Virus record (IMG/VR): IMGVR_UViG_3300032608_000348
From: an uncultured virus (IMG/VR IMGVR_UViG_3300032608_000348)
Lineage: Duplodnaviria > Heunggongvirae > Uroviricota > Caudoviricetes
DNA length: 64,000 bases
Reading direction: 5' to 3' (one strand)
This document shows positions 9,943 to 19,187 of this stretch, one piece after another. A model generated the notes under the pieces. That model was not told the DNA's origin. It made no database searches and worked only from the letters and a program-made list of their open reading frames with translations. Positions within the stretch are counted from its first letter, which is position 1. Every line of letters begins with the position of its first letter. A program made the translations under genes and the position numbers.

Positions 9943-10909
9943 TTTCCTGCCTTTTCACTTGCTCCTCTATCCACTCATAAGTTCGCGCTAGCCCCTCTTC
10001 CAATGAAACTTTGGGCTCCCATCCCAGAACCTCTTTGACTTTGGTTAAGTCAGCGTTGCGTCCTCGAACGCCTTGGGGGCCATCCACGTATTTCTTGACT
10101 ACTTTAACGCCCGCTATGTCTGCAATAATATCTACCAGTTCGTTGACAGACACGGCGCGGTCTGTGCCCAAATTGATGGGGTCTGTGTGCTCAGATAGCA
10201 TCAACTGGTAGATGCCATCCAAGCAGTCATCAATGTACATATAGCTGCGCGTTGCTTCCCCATCTCCCCAAATCTCAACTTCTGGATTGCCTGTTAGCTT
10301 TGCTACGGCAATCTTGCGACACATGGCGGCGGGGCACTTTTCTCTGCCGCCTCGATACGTTCCTTCGAGACCATAACAGTTGTGGAAACGAGCAACCCTT
10401 GTTTCCATCCCATAGGACCTGTGATAATACCCACACACACGTTCAGCAAACAGCTTTTCCCATCCGTATGACTTCTGCGGCTGCGCTGGGTATGCGTCTT
10501 CCTCACGCAAAGCATAGGCATCTGCGCTATATTGCATGTTGACTGGATAGATGCATGCACTACTGGAGAAGAAGTAGCGTTGCACGCTATTCATGCGGGA
10601 TGCTTCTAGTGTATGGGCATTGATCATGGTATTTCCCCAAGCAATAGAAGCCTGGTTGCGCAAGGCAGAAATATGTCCCATTCCACCAATATCAGCAGCT
10701 AGAGCAAAAACCCAATCCATGCCCGTAGTTGCTCTAAAGGCATCTTCCCAATAGCGCAAATCAAGAATCTTAAATTCATCTGCATCGGTCTCAGAGAATT
10801 CGGGATATTTGAGGTCAACGCCCCGCACCCAGAAACCTTTCTGTTTCAAATAGGTTGCTAGGTGAGACCCAATAAATCCACCACAGCCCGTTATAAGCAC
10901 CTTTACCAT
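9932..10909 (-). CDS. NAD-dependent epimerase, GDP-mannose 3',5'-epimerase-like
   Basis: GCGGFIG, AADIGGMG, SSSACIY, YGWEK, GGREK.PAA, GPQGVRGRN. Confidence 0.85.
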   Translation of the reverse strand: MVKVLITGCGGFIGSHLATYLKQKGFWVRGVDLKYPEFSETDADEFKILDLRYWEDAFRATTGMDWVFALAADIGGMGHISALRNQASIAWGNTMINAHTLEASRMNSVQRYFFSSSACIYPVNMQYSADAYALREEDAYPAQPQKSYGWEKLFAERVCGYYHRSYGMETRVARFHNCYGLEGTYRGGREKCPAAMCRKIAVAKLTGNPEVEIWGDGEATRSYMYIDDCLDGIYQLMLSEHTDPINLGTDRAVSVNELVDIIADIAGVKVVKKYVDGPQGVRGRNADLTKVKEVLGWEPKVSLEEGLARTYEWIEEQVKRQENGC

Positions 10910-11739
10910 TTCGCCTCCTTTGCCTTCCAAGTCAAATAAAGCGCCCCGCACTCTGCATCAATCTCAACTGCGTGCTGGGTGCTCAAAGCGCCATGCCAGC
11001 AATCAATATGAGCGTGTTCAACACTAACGCTTTCATCTATCTGCTGTATTACTGCGTCAGCAATTGGAATCCCCACAAAGTCATAGACACGTCGCGCCAT
11101 CTGTATAGGATTGTGCACAAATGATTCTAGGCTTACGACTAAATAGTTCTCTGGCGGAATGTAGCGACGGGCTTGATGTGCTTTGCCCATAATGACTTGA
11201 TAGTAGGCACAAAATTGCTCAACCGTCTGTACGCCCCAAGACTGGCGCATGATAGAAACACAGGTGTCTTTTGGTTGTCGGATAATATGAATGTAGCGCA
11301 TTTGGGGGAACATCCAGTATAGCACATCGGCATAAATAACCGTGCTAGGTGTTTTCTCAACCCAGTGTTTGTGCTCTGGCCTCATCACGAGGGCAAACAG
11401 ATTTTCAATGAATGTTCGTCCCTGCGTTACTCTGGTGACTGGCAGTTCTTGCGTAGACTGGTGAAGCGCATTAGCAACCGCTTCTGCCGTGTAGACTTGT
11501 TCAGCTTCTTCAAACCCAGCACCCTGTAGTTTGTGTATCAAGTTCCAGCGGAAGTGAGCAATCATCTTGTCTCGAAAACGGGTAAGAGACGTGCGCCCTA
11601 AAATGTATTCTGCTAACCCGTCCTCATCTGAGATAAAACGCGGTTCATTGAAATACATTATTTGAGGGTGCGCAGCAAACATAGCCCCTAAGACAGCGGT
11701 CCCACACCGGCCCGTTCCACCAATGAAGATTCTGCTCAT
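10903..11739 (-). CDS. Sulfotransferase (Sulfotransfer_3)
   Basis: IGGTGRCGT 5'-PSB loop, EKTP, HIIR.PKD...S 3'-PB. Confidence 0.85.
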   Translation of the reverse strand: MSRIFIGGTGRCGTAVLGAMFAAHPQIMYFNEPRFISDEDGLAEYILGRTSLTRFRDKMIAHFRWNLIHKLQGAGFEEAEQVYTAEAVANALHQSTQELPVTRVTQGRTFIENLFALVMRPEHKHWVEKTPSTVIYADVLYWMFPQMRYIHIIRQPKDTCVSIMRQSWGVQTVEQFCAYYQVIMGKAHQARRYIPPENYLVVSLESFVHNPIQMARRVYDFVGIPIADAVIQQIDESVSVEHAHIDCWHGALSTQHAVEIDAECGALYLTWKAKEAKW

Positions 11740-13100
11740 TTCCCTAGCCCCACGCCAAATGGAATATACGTCACGCTCTTATCCAACAACTGGGCATCCA
11801 AGATGCGCCAGCAGTCGATCACCGTTTGATTGTTGAAAAGCGCCTCTGTCCCCAAGAACTCGTCCCACATAGTAGTGATAACCACTACATCCGACATTTT
11901 AACACAGGCTGCAAGGGATTCCGCAAAGTAAACAGGCGGGACACAACGAAACTCTACGCCAGACGGATCATAAGCCGCAACCTTAAAACCACTCATAGCA
12001 AGTACCGCAGCAAGAAATGCGCCTGGGGATTCCTCAATCACGTCTGTATTGGGCTTGTAGGATAAGCCCAGAACACCCACCACGTCCTCCTCTGCCAGAT
12101 GATTTTCAACCAGTTGTTGCAGACGCCCCATCTGTTCATCATTGATTAAATCAATGATGGTGGCAAGTGGGAAGTATCCACCCAGACATTGCCCCAATGC
12201 ACGCATTGCCCGCACATCACGCCCAAAGCAAGGACCACCGAATGGGGTTGCGCCTGTCAAGTAACGTGTGCCAATCCTGCGATCCTGCCCAATAGCCTGC
12301 GTCACCGCGTCTACATTAGCTCCTGGCATTTTCTCGCACATTTGCGCCAGCGAGTTTGCGAACGCGATTTTCATAGTGACATAGTTGTTCAACGCCAACT
12401 TGGCAAGCTCGGCGTTGACAAAGTTCATTCGTGAGACTGGGACGCCATCCGTGACCTGGTTGTAAATCTCCTCTACAATATTACCAGACGATTCATCCGA
12501 TTCACCGATCAGAACAAAGTCGGGATTGAGATAGTCTTGAATGACCGAGCCCAGGGCTATGAACTCTGGACTGTAACAAACCCCAAAATCCACGCCACAT
12601 ACTTTGCCGCTGACCTTCTCTAGCAGTGGAACAATGTGGCCATCCATTGCGCCCGGCATTACTGTGCTCACTATTACAACGACGTGGAAATCAGGCATCT
12701 TGCGCAGCGCCTTTCCAATTTCCTGGCAGGCTGCCGCTATGTGTTCTAGTGAGAACCATCCATCTCCATCGCTGGGGGTGGGGACAACAACAAAAGAGAC
12801 AAAGGACACATCTGATCCCGCAACAGCAGCGTAGATATTGCTAGTTGCTACAAATCGGCTGCCCGCTTCATTCAGTAATTCCCCCACGCCTGGTTCAAAG
12901 ATTGGCGATCTTCCCTCATTGAGGGCGTCAACGGTGTTCTGGTTAATGTCTGCGCCGATGACGTGAAAGCCCTGGCGTGCCAGACAGACCGCCATGGGGA
13001 TTCCTAACTTGCCCAAGCCAATTACGGATAGGCTGGGAATATTAGGGATTGCGTCCCATTCCCCATCTATCCAAGCCATACCACGACTTTTGATGTTCAT
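11736..13100 (-). CDS. ugd: UDP-glucose/GDP-mannose dehydrogenase
   Basis: GLGKLG, VPTP, STV.PG, SPEF, GGPCF.RD, GLSYKPNT. Confidence 0.9.
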   Translation of the reverse strand: MNIKSRGMAWIDGEWDAIPNIPSLSVIGLGKLGIPMAVCLARQGFHVIGADINQNTVDALNEGRSPIFEPGVGELLNEAGSRFVATSNIYAAVAGSDVSFVSFVVVPTPSDGDGWFSLEHIAAACQEIGKALRKMPDFHVVVIVSTVMPGAMDGHIVPLLEKVSGKVCGVDFGVCYSPEFIALGSVIQDYLNPDFVLIGESDESSGNIVEEIYNQVTDGVPVSRMNFVNAELAKLALNNYVTMKIAFANSLAQMCEKMPGANVDAVTQAIGQDRRIGTRYLTGATPFGGPCFGRDVRAMRALGQCLGGYFPLATIIDLINDEQMGRLQQLVENHLAEEDVVGVLGLSYKPNTDVIEESPGAFLAAVLAMSGFKVAAYDPSGVEFRCVPPVYFAESLAACVKMSDVVVITTMWDEFLGTEALFNNQTVIDCWRILDAQLLDKSVTYIPFGVGLGK

Positions 13101-13113
13101 TGTGTTCCTCCAT

Positions 13114-13749
13114 TCAAAAATGCCTCAGTTCAGCGTCAATAAAGTTGATGGGTACACCCCCGTGCAACCCAACCGTGTTAGCAATCTGCCTAATGACTTT
13201 TTCTGGCTCCTCCACCAACCACGTATAAGATACCCAGTGCACAGGACACGCAAATTCATCAATGAGGTCATCAATGCGCTGGTGATAGGTGTAGGCAAAT
13301 TCAAGCCCCTGCGCTAACGGAATCTTGTTGCGTGCTTGGAGAGATTCCGCTATTGCTTCCTCTGCGCGCGTGACAATGACGAACTCAACATCGCGCAGGT
13401 GGGGGGCGTACAAGGGGAACGTCATCACGGTACGCGGGTCTTTCCAGCCCCAGATGCCTGTACGCCCAGACACCAGATTGCGCGCTTCATCATCAAACTT
13501 ATCGCGCGCATAGTCAATCCAATCACGTGATACGTTGACATTCCACGCGCCACCCACTGACGCCAAGATGCACTCATTGAGCGCCACAAACCGCTTGTCC
13601 TCAAAATAGCCCTTGGGATTTCTGGCATCTGGGGGCATAAAGTGTTCAGCCCCCATATCTACGCCCAGGTAATGCAAAACACCTGCAACGGCACTTGAGC
13701 CGCTACGGTGCATGGCAAGCACAACGATGGCTTTATTCTTCCCCGTCAT
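13114..13749 (-). CDS. Sulfotransferase family protein
   Basis: VLAMHRSGSS, NPKGYFE, WGWKDPR. Confidence 0.85.
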   Translation of the reverse strand: MTGKNKAIVVLAMHRSGSSAVAGVLHYLGVDMGAEHFMPPDARNPKGYFEDKRFVALNECILASVGGAWNVNVSRDWIDYARDKFDDEARNLVSGRTGIWGWKDPRTVMTFPLYAPHLRDVEFVIVTRAEEAIAESLQARNKIPLAQGLEFAYTYHQRIDDLIDEFACPVHWVSYTWLVEEPEKVIRQIANTVGLHGGVPINFIDAELRHF

Positions 13750-13957
13750 CGGCCTCCATTCCCTTGAGCTTTTGCAATAGGGCTATCATGTCATCTATGT
13801 CCCCAGCGTTAAAGTCAAAGCAATGACCTATTTCCTCATCTGCGCCAGTGCCGCCAAATGGATACCATACGCCGCACCAGGTTTCAACACCGCCACAGCC
13901 CTTGTTATAGCGCACTTTGTCCCCGCGCAGGGGACCTTGCCGCACAATCGTAGACAT
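13733..13957 (-). CDS. Hypothetical protein
   Basis: ORF with GGAGG RBS. Confidence 0.5.
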   Translation of the reverse strand: MSTIVRQGPLRGDKVRYNKGCGGVETWCGVWYPFGGTGADEEIGHCFDFNAGDIDDMIALLQKLKGMEADDGEE

Positions 13958-14002
13958 TGCGTACCTCCCAAAATCACTCTAGCGCTGGATAGAATGTTTG
14001 TT

Positions 14003-14473
14003 CTATTCGTCGTCAGCCCACGTCGCCAACAACTCATCCAGCGCAGTGTTGAACTCCGCGTCAGTGAAGTCCACGTCTCCAAGCCGGGCTGGCAAAATGA
14101 GCCCCAGTGTGTCAGCAAGCGAAAACTCCCACAGCGCCTGGAGGTCGTGCCAAGCGGCTTCCAGCTTTTCCATCATCACTGGAATGTCACTATCAGTCGC
14201 AAGAGGTCCAACCAGTTCTTCACAATCTGAGCAACAACTTTTTTCATTCATCTTTTCCTCCTTTGTGATTGCACTTAATTTTGATTCCCGTACAGTAGCA
14301 GTGGCGGGGCTGTGTCCCCAGAACTCACTATAGAGAATGGTATAAGATGGACAGGGAGCAGTTGTGTGAACTTGCAGAATAGCTGCTGTGACCATACGGG
14401 ACCGCCCCGCCTCTACTGCCACTTCCCCTTGGTCAAATAGCACCAGTTCCCCTAAGTTGAATTTTGGTGTCAC
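14003..14473 (-). CDS. Hypothetical protein
   Basis: ORF coupled to the upstream gene; internal AGGAGG before MNEKSCC suggests a second start. Confidence 0.5.
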   Translation of the reverse strand: MTPKFNLGELVLFDQGEVAVEAGRSRMVTAAILQVHTTAPCPSYTILYSEFWGHSPATATVRESKLSAITKEEKMNEKSCCSDCEELVGPLATDSDIPVMMEKLEAAWHDLQALWEFSLADTLGLILPARLGDVDFTDAEFNTALDELLATWADDE

Positions 14474-15318
14474 TTTATCCCTTCCATAAACAGCGAATCT
14501 GGCTTCCTCACGCTTCCATCTGGGTTGATGTCAAGCAAGTAGGAATTAAAGCACGGGATGCTTGACTCATCCGCATGGCATTGCTTAACATCTTGGAATC
14601 CCGCGTTGCGCAACACCCGTCCCAGTGAGAAGCTATCATACATCCACAGATGCGCTTCCCCGCTGAGCCGGAAGCGCCCAACTCGTTCTGCGTCCGTTTC
14701 CTCTGCAAGTGGTTCTCCGTCTGGCAGGTATGGTTTGCTTGGGCGTGGCACTTTCCCTATTCGGTATTCTATAAATTCAGTGGCGCGTTGGGGGACTCGT
14801 TGCCAATAGTTGAACATCTCGCCGCCAGGTCGGTGACGTGTCATCTGGTCCAAAAGCTCAATTGTGGCCCAATCATATTCATCCTCAAAATCAAATTGTG
14901 TTTCATCCCCAGTAAATCCATCAAACTGTAAGGCATCCTGTATTTCTTGCAGTTCATCCAGATAAGATAGATAGTTGTGCGCAATAGCTTCCAAATCAGG
15001 AACAGCAACCCGCACAATCCCCCCAGGCTTCAGCACCCGGTAGCACTCCTGCATAAACAGGGGCGCGTACCGTTTGGACAGGTGTTCCAGCAGGTGCGAG
15101 TGATACACGGCATCAAAGAGGTTGTCTTTGAACGGAAGTGGCTGGTACAAATCATGTGCCTGTACCCCACGCCCGGCCCGCACATCTAGGTTTATCCACG
15201 CTGGATGATAGTGAGAACCACAACCAGGGTTGAGTAGTCTTGGCGGCTCACTAGTCCCTAGTGGCTCCGTCACTTGGTTGAACCAGTTTGCTGTGGGCCA
15301 TTCTACCAATCTTGCCAT
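14470..15318 (-). CDS. SAM methyltransferase (Methyltransf_11-like)
   Basis: LNPGCG, W.NLD, LPF.D..FD.VYHSH.LEH, VLKPGG..RVAVPD. Confidence 0.85.
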   Translation of the reverse strand: MARLVEWPTANWFNQVTEPLGTSEPPRLLNPGCGSHYHPAWINLDVRAGRGVQAHDLYQPLPFKDNLFDAVYHSHLLEHLSKRYAPLFMQECYRVLKPGGIVRVAVPDLEAIAHNYLSYLDELQEIQDALQFDGFTGDETQFDFEDEYDWATIELLDQMTRHRPGGEMFNYWQRVPQRATEFIEYRIGKVPRPSKPYLPDGEPLAEETDAERVGRFRLSGEAHLWMYDSFSLGRVLRNAGFQDVKQCHADESSIPCFNSYLLDINPDGSVRKPDSLFMEGIK

Positions 15319-15336
15319 TGCCCTTCTCCTGTATCC

Positions 15337-16593
15337 TTATCCCCTGTCCAGGTAAATTGGGTAGCGTCCTGTTACTCCGTGCTCAGGATGAACAAAAAAC
15401 ATCTGTTGGCGCGGGCGCGACAATTTATGCACCCGCTTAGCTCCATACAGAGACACGCCTGCCATCGTTCCATTCACCATCACCTCCACATCTACGTCAT
15501 CCCACATTGCAGACTGGTGAAAGTGCGCCAGCAAGCAGTAGTCAAATTCCATCAAGAGAATCATCAGGTCCTCAATTGTTTCTGGTTTCTCATTGCGGAT
15601 ATTATTGCGTGTCATCAAGTGCATCATTGCCTGATAATCACGCACAAATCGTGTGATGCCATACCAAGGAAAGCCAGCCCAAGAGCGAATGTCCTCACCG
15701 TGTGCCATAAAGAATTTCCAGCCATATATATTCCACAGTGCATACCAGGTTTCCGGAAAGTCATAGGTAATGTTGTCTTGATTGGATAATAGGGCCTCTA
15801 TGTATCTGTAAGCCATATAGTCAAATGTTTCGGACGGCTCATTATCACCAGGCTTGGGCAGAACTCGTGTGTGGTTTCCTGGCACACCAATGACTTTGAC
15901 TTCATCAAATTCCGCCGCCACTGCTCTGACGCCCTGCGCGGCGCATTGCCCGAATTCCAATGTTTGTTGAACGATATTCCTGTCTACAAACTTTCCCTGT
16001 TGGGGACGCAAGTGACTTCCTTCTGCCTCGTCACCCATGAACAAGATATATGCAGCCTCAACATCAGCAAACGCTCGATGTTTGCCTGTGATAGACAGGA
16101 ATGTTTCAAACGTCTGGATGGTTCTTTCTTGTGCGATTTCACTATTGTACTGAGGCAGAACACCAACCTGTGCCTTGGGAGTTTCTTGCCCCCAGTGAAT
16201 GTCTCCTACCAACAAAACGGCGGCTTCTGAATTCCCCGTAGTTTTCACTGGACGTTGCACCTTGGGGGCTGGGGGGAGCACCGCCGCAACTTCTTGGATA
16301 ATGTCCTCCAACCACTCACGATATGACAGCTCGCGTTGGAGTGATTGGACCTGCGCCTGATAATGTTTCACTTGTAGTTTGTACTTTTGCAGGGAAACAT
16401 CAACGTCTAGGCTGAGTTCACAGCGAGCAATAAGGTCACTGAATTTTTCAATGTCGTGTTCGCGTCGCATTCCATCCTGAAGTGTGCGACGGCTAATACC
16501 CATTTGCCGCGCCAACCCAGACCAGCTTTCACAAGCAGGCGCAATTTCAAGTGCTTGCTCATATATAGCAATCCAGTCATGTTGTGTTGTCAT
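15337..16593 (-). CDS. Calcineurin-like metallophosphoesterase with N-terminal HTH/coiled coil
   Basis: GDIH, GD..EG, GNH, AHG, AHFH. Confidence 0.85.
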   Translation of the reverse strand: MTTQHDWIAIYEQALEIAPACESWSGLARQMGISRRTLQDGMRREHDIEKFSDLIARCELSLDVDVSLQKYKLQVKHYQAQVQSLQRELSYREWLEDIIQEVAAVLPPAPKVQRPVKTTGNSEAAVLLVGDIHWGQETPKAQVGVLPQYNSEIAQERTIQTFETFLSITGKHRAFADVEAAYILFMGDEAEGSHLRPQQGKFVDRNIVQQTLEFGQCAAQGVRAVAAEFDEVKVIGVPGNHTRVLPKPGDNEPSETFDYMAYRYIEALLSNQDNITYDFPETWYALWNIYGWKFFMAHGEDIRSWAGFPWYGITRFVRDYQAMMHLMTRNNIRNEKPETIEDLMILLMEFDYCLLAHFHQSAMWDDVDVEVMVNGTMAGVSLYGAKRVHKLSRPRQQMFFVHPEHGVTGRYPIYLDRG

Positions 16594-17141
16594 CAAGCCT
16601 CCAATAGCTGCACTATCTCCGCCCATTTTTCCCAGTCTGTTTCACCAGTTATGCGGGTGGCACGCCCGCACGGTCCAAAGTTATAGGGACGGTCCATAAG
16701 AAAAACGCGCGGGCATACTTGTGCCAGCGCGCGTGCCGTTTCAATATGGTCTTCAATCGCTGCCTTTGCTTTGCGGGCTAGGGCAAGGTCTACCTTATTG
16801 GTAAATATAACTGGGGTTTGTGCCGTAGAGAATCCGTGCTGAATCAGCCAAGCAGTGGTGATTCCGACGAGATGTTTGGGGCGAGAGGTTACAAACACGA
16901 TGTGCCAGCCAGCATTTGTGAGAACCTGAAGTCCCTCACGCGCACCTTCAATCGGCTTTAGGCGTAGATAGGTTGTCTCCTGATTGATGAACTGCGCAAT
17001 CTGTTCATCAGAGACCTGGGGGAACATTTCCTCTAAACTCCACGTGTTGGGAATCAAGGGGTCACCCCAAGTTCTTATGGCCTCAGCTAGAAAGTTAGCT
17101 GCCACACCGTCAATATCACAAATGAGTTTTCTTTGAGCCAT
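16593..17141 (-). CDS. HAD 5'(3')-deoxyribonucleotidase-like protein
   Basis: CDIDGV, VTSRP, K, IEDH, PYN. Confidence 0.85.
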   Translation of the reverse strand: MAQRKLICDIDGVAANFLAEAIRTWGDPLIPNTWSLEEMFPQVSDEQIAQFINQETTYLRLKPIEGAREGLQVLTNAGWHIVFVTSRPKHLVGITTAWLIQHGFSTAQTPVIFTNKVDLALARKAKAAIEDHIETARALAQVCPRVFLMDRPYNFGPCGRATRITGETDWEKWAEIVQLLEA

Positions 17142-17183
17142 TTAATTTTGCTCCAAGCTATTATTGTTCTACCTTCACTAAGG

Positions 17184-17212
17184 ATTATACCACGTATCTA
17201 TGGTTTTGTCAA
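17184..17212 (-). promoter_or_regulatory. Sigma70-type promoter
   Basis: TTGACA-N17-TATAAT with TG extension. Confidence 0.75.
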
Positions 17213-18261
17213 GACTTTGCCGCCCACCTCTTGCGCCCGCACACATAGATGTCTTGCAGAATCTCTTCCAGCGACACTTGTGGCTCCCAAGAATACGTTC
17301 TTTGAAACAGCGCCGTGTCAGTTATCCACCACAGATGATCACCGACACGCTTGGGACCATACTCAATCTCCATCTTATTTCCGGCAACCTGTTCACACAA
17401 ACCGATGGCCTCTCGTACTGAACAAGCCCGTTCGCGTCCACCACCAATATTGTAGATAACGGGAGGGCTGGGTCTCTCAATGAATGCCCTTACGGCTGCT
17501 GCCAAGTCACTTACGTGAAGCTGATCCCTGACTTGTATCCCCTGATGTCCATACACAGTATATGGTTTCCGCAAAACGGCGCACTTCATCATATACGCCA
17601 ACATCCCATGTGCTTCTGTCCCTGCATGATGCCCACCCGTGATACATGAGGGCCTAAAACACGCTATGGGCAAATCCCAGCGATGTGCATATTCCTGTAC
17701 ATAGAGTTCGGCAGCCCGCTTTGAGCGACTGAAGAAACTTGTCGCACCGTCTGTGACAATTGGGAGTGATTCATCAAAGCCATCGTAGTAACGATGGTCT
17801 TGGGGGAGGTCAAACCTATGGGGGTTTTTGTAATAGTCCATAAGTCTGTTGGGGGCACAGCCATAAACCTTGATCGTTGAGAGATGCACAAACGGCGCAT
17901 CAGGGCAAAACTCTTTCCAAGCCCCCAGAACATTTAGTGTGCCCGTGACGTTTACGCTAAAGTCCTCCAGCACTTCGCCGTCATGCGCTGGCTGCGCTGC
18001 ACAATGCACAATAGCATCAAACGGATACGCACCAAAAATTGCCGTGAGCATTTCCTTGTCCCGGATGTCAACAAAGAAGTTTGTGAATCTTGGCAACTCC
18101 TCCAGCCGCGCAAGATTCCACTGCACATCACCAGAGGGACCGAAAAGACGACGCCGCAGATTGTTGTCTATGCTGAGAACGTCCCATCCAGCAGCGTGAA
18201 GCTGCTCACACACCGCTGAACCAATCAGTCCGCCCCCCCCTGTCACAAAGATTCTAGGCAT
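17209..18261 (-). CDS. NAD-dependent epimerase/dehydratase, CDP-paratose 2-epimerase-like
   Basis: GGGGLIG, AAQPAHD, ST.KVYG, QVRD.LH, YNIGGG. Confidence 0.8.
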   Translation of the reverse strand: MPRIFVTGGGGLIGSAVCEQLHAAGWDVLSIDNNLRRRLFGPSGDVQWNLARLEELPRFTNFFVDIRDKEMLTAIFGAYPFDAIVHCAAQPAHDGEVLEDFSVNVTGTLNVLGAWKEFCPDAPFVHLSTIKVYGCAPNRLMDYYKNPHRFDLPQDHRYYDGFDESLPIVTDGATSFFSRSKRAAELYVQEYAHRWDLPIACFRPSCITGGHHAGTEAHGMLAYMMKCAVLRKPYTVYGHQGIQVRDQLHVSDLAAAVRAFIERPSPPVIYNIGGGRERACSVREAIGLCEQVAGNKMEIEYGPKRVGDHLWWITDTALFQRTYSWEPQVSLEEILQDIYVCGRKRWAAKS

Positions 18262-19132
18262 AGTTTTTGTACCACGCAACGGTTCTGTGAATCCCCTCTT
18301 CAAATGGAATCAGTTTACCAATTCCCAGAGGCAGAAGGGTGTCGGGATTTCCCACCACAACAGCGCCAGGGGACTCACCTGGGCGCATCGGAACATGCAC
18401 GATGGAACTAGAACTATCAGCAGCAGTAATGACCATCTGCGCAATTTGGTTCACTGTGGTATAACGTCCTGTGCCAGCCTCGTAGATTCTGTCATACTCA
18501 ACGCTGGGATTCAGGCAAGCCTCAAGGAGAATCCGTGCAACATCTTTCACGTAGATCATATCCATGACCTGGCTGCCGTCACCGTAAATTTTAATGTCCT
18601 CACCGGCCAGCGCCTGCGTCACAAAAGTTGGAATAATCTTGCGCACAGGAACAACTTTCTGGCGCTCACCGTAGGCATTGAGCGCACGCACCATAGCCAC
18701 TTTTGTGCCGTGTTCTTTGTTGTACATCCGAACAAACCTTATTGCTGTGGACCGGGTGATGCTGTAGGAATTTTGCATCCAGTGATTCCCTACACCAATC
18801 TGGACGCCGCGCACTTTATGGAATTTGGTGGGACGACAGGCTTCCAGAAAGTTTACTGTGCCGATGGTGTTCGTACAGATGGATGGGATAGGATGATTGA
18901 TCGTCTCTTGCGTTCCTAAGATTCCAGCCAAGTTGATGGTGTAGTCAGCCAGATTGACGGCTTCTTGTACTGCCTCAGCGTCCCGCACATCACCCCGGAA
19001 TCTCTGGCAATCTCCAGACGCTTTATTATCATACCTGTCAAAAAGTATGACTTTTAGCCCCCGACTCTGGGCTTTTTCTTTGACGTGGCTGGCTATGAAA
19101 CCACTTCCACCCAAGATTAGCAGTTTTTCCAT
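18254..19132 (-). CDS. NAD-dependent epimerase/dehydratase
   Basis: GGSGFIA, NLAGILG, NAYGERQ, GDGSQ..D.IYV.D. Confidence 0.85.
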   Translation of the reverse strand: MEKLLILGGSGFIASHVKEKAQSRGLKVILFDRYDNKASGDCQRFRGDVRDAEAVQEAVNLADYTINLAGILGTQETINHPIPSICTNTIGTVNFLEACRPTKFHKVRGVQIGVGNHWMQNSYSITRSTAIRFVRMYNKEHGTKVAMVRALNAYGERQKVVPVRKIIPTFVTQALAGEDIKIYGDGSQVMDMIYVKDVARILLEACLNPSVEYDRIYEAGTGRYTTVNQIAQMVITAADSSSSIVHVPMRPGESPGAVVVGNPDTLLPLGIGKLIPFEEGIHRTVAWYKNYA

Positions 19133-19151
19133 GACGCTTTGCCTCCTAGTT

Positions 19152-19180
19152 ATTGTACCACATCACACCAATTTTGTCAA
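19152..19180 (-). promoter_or_regulatory. Sigma70-type promoter
   Basis: TTGACA-N17-TACAAT with TG extension. Confidence 0.7.
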
Positions 19181-19187
19181 GGTATCA

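Noticed and set aside
12793..12810. VSFVSF duplication in the UDP-sugar dehydrogenase
   Set aside because: A 3-codon in-frame duplication with catalytic motifs intact; minor.
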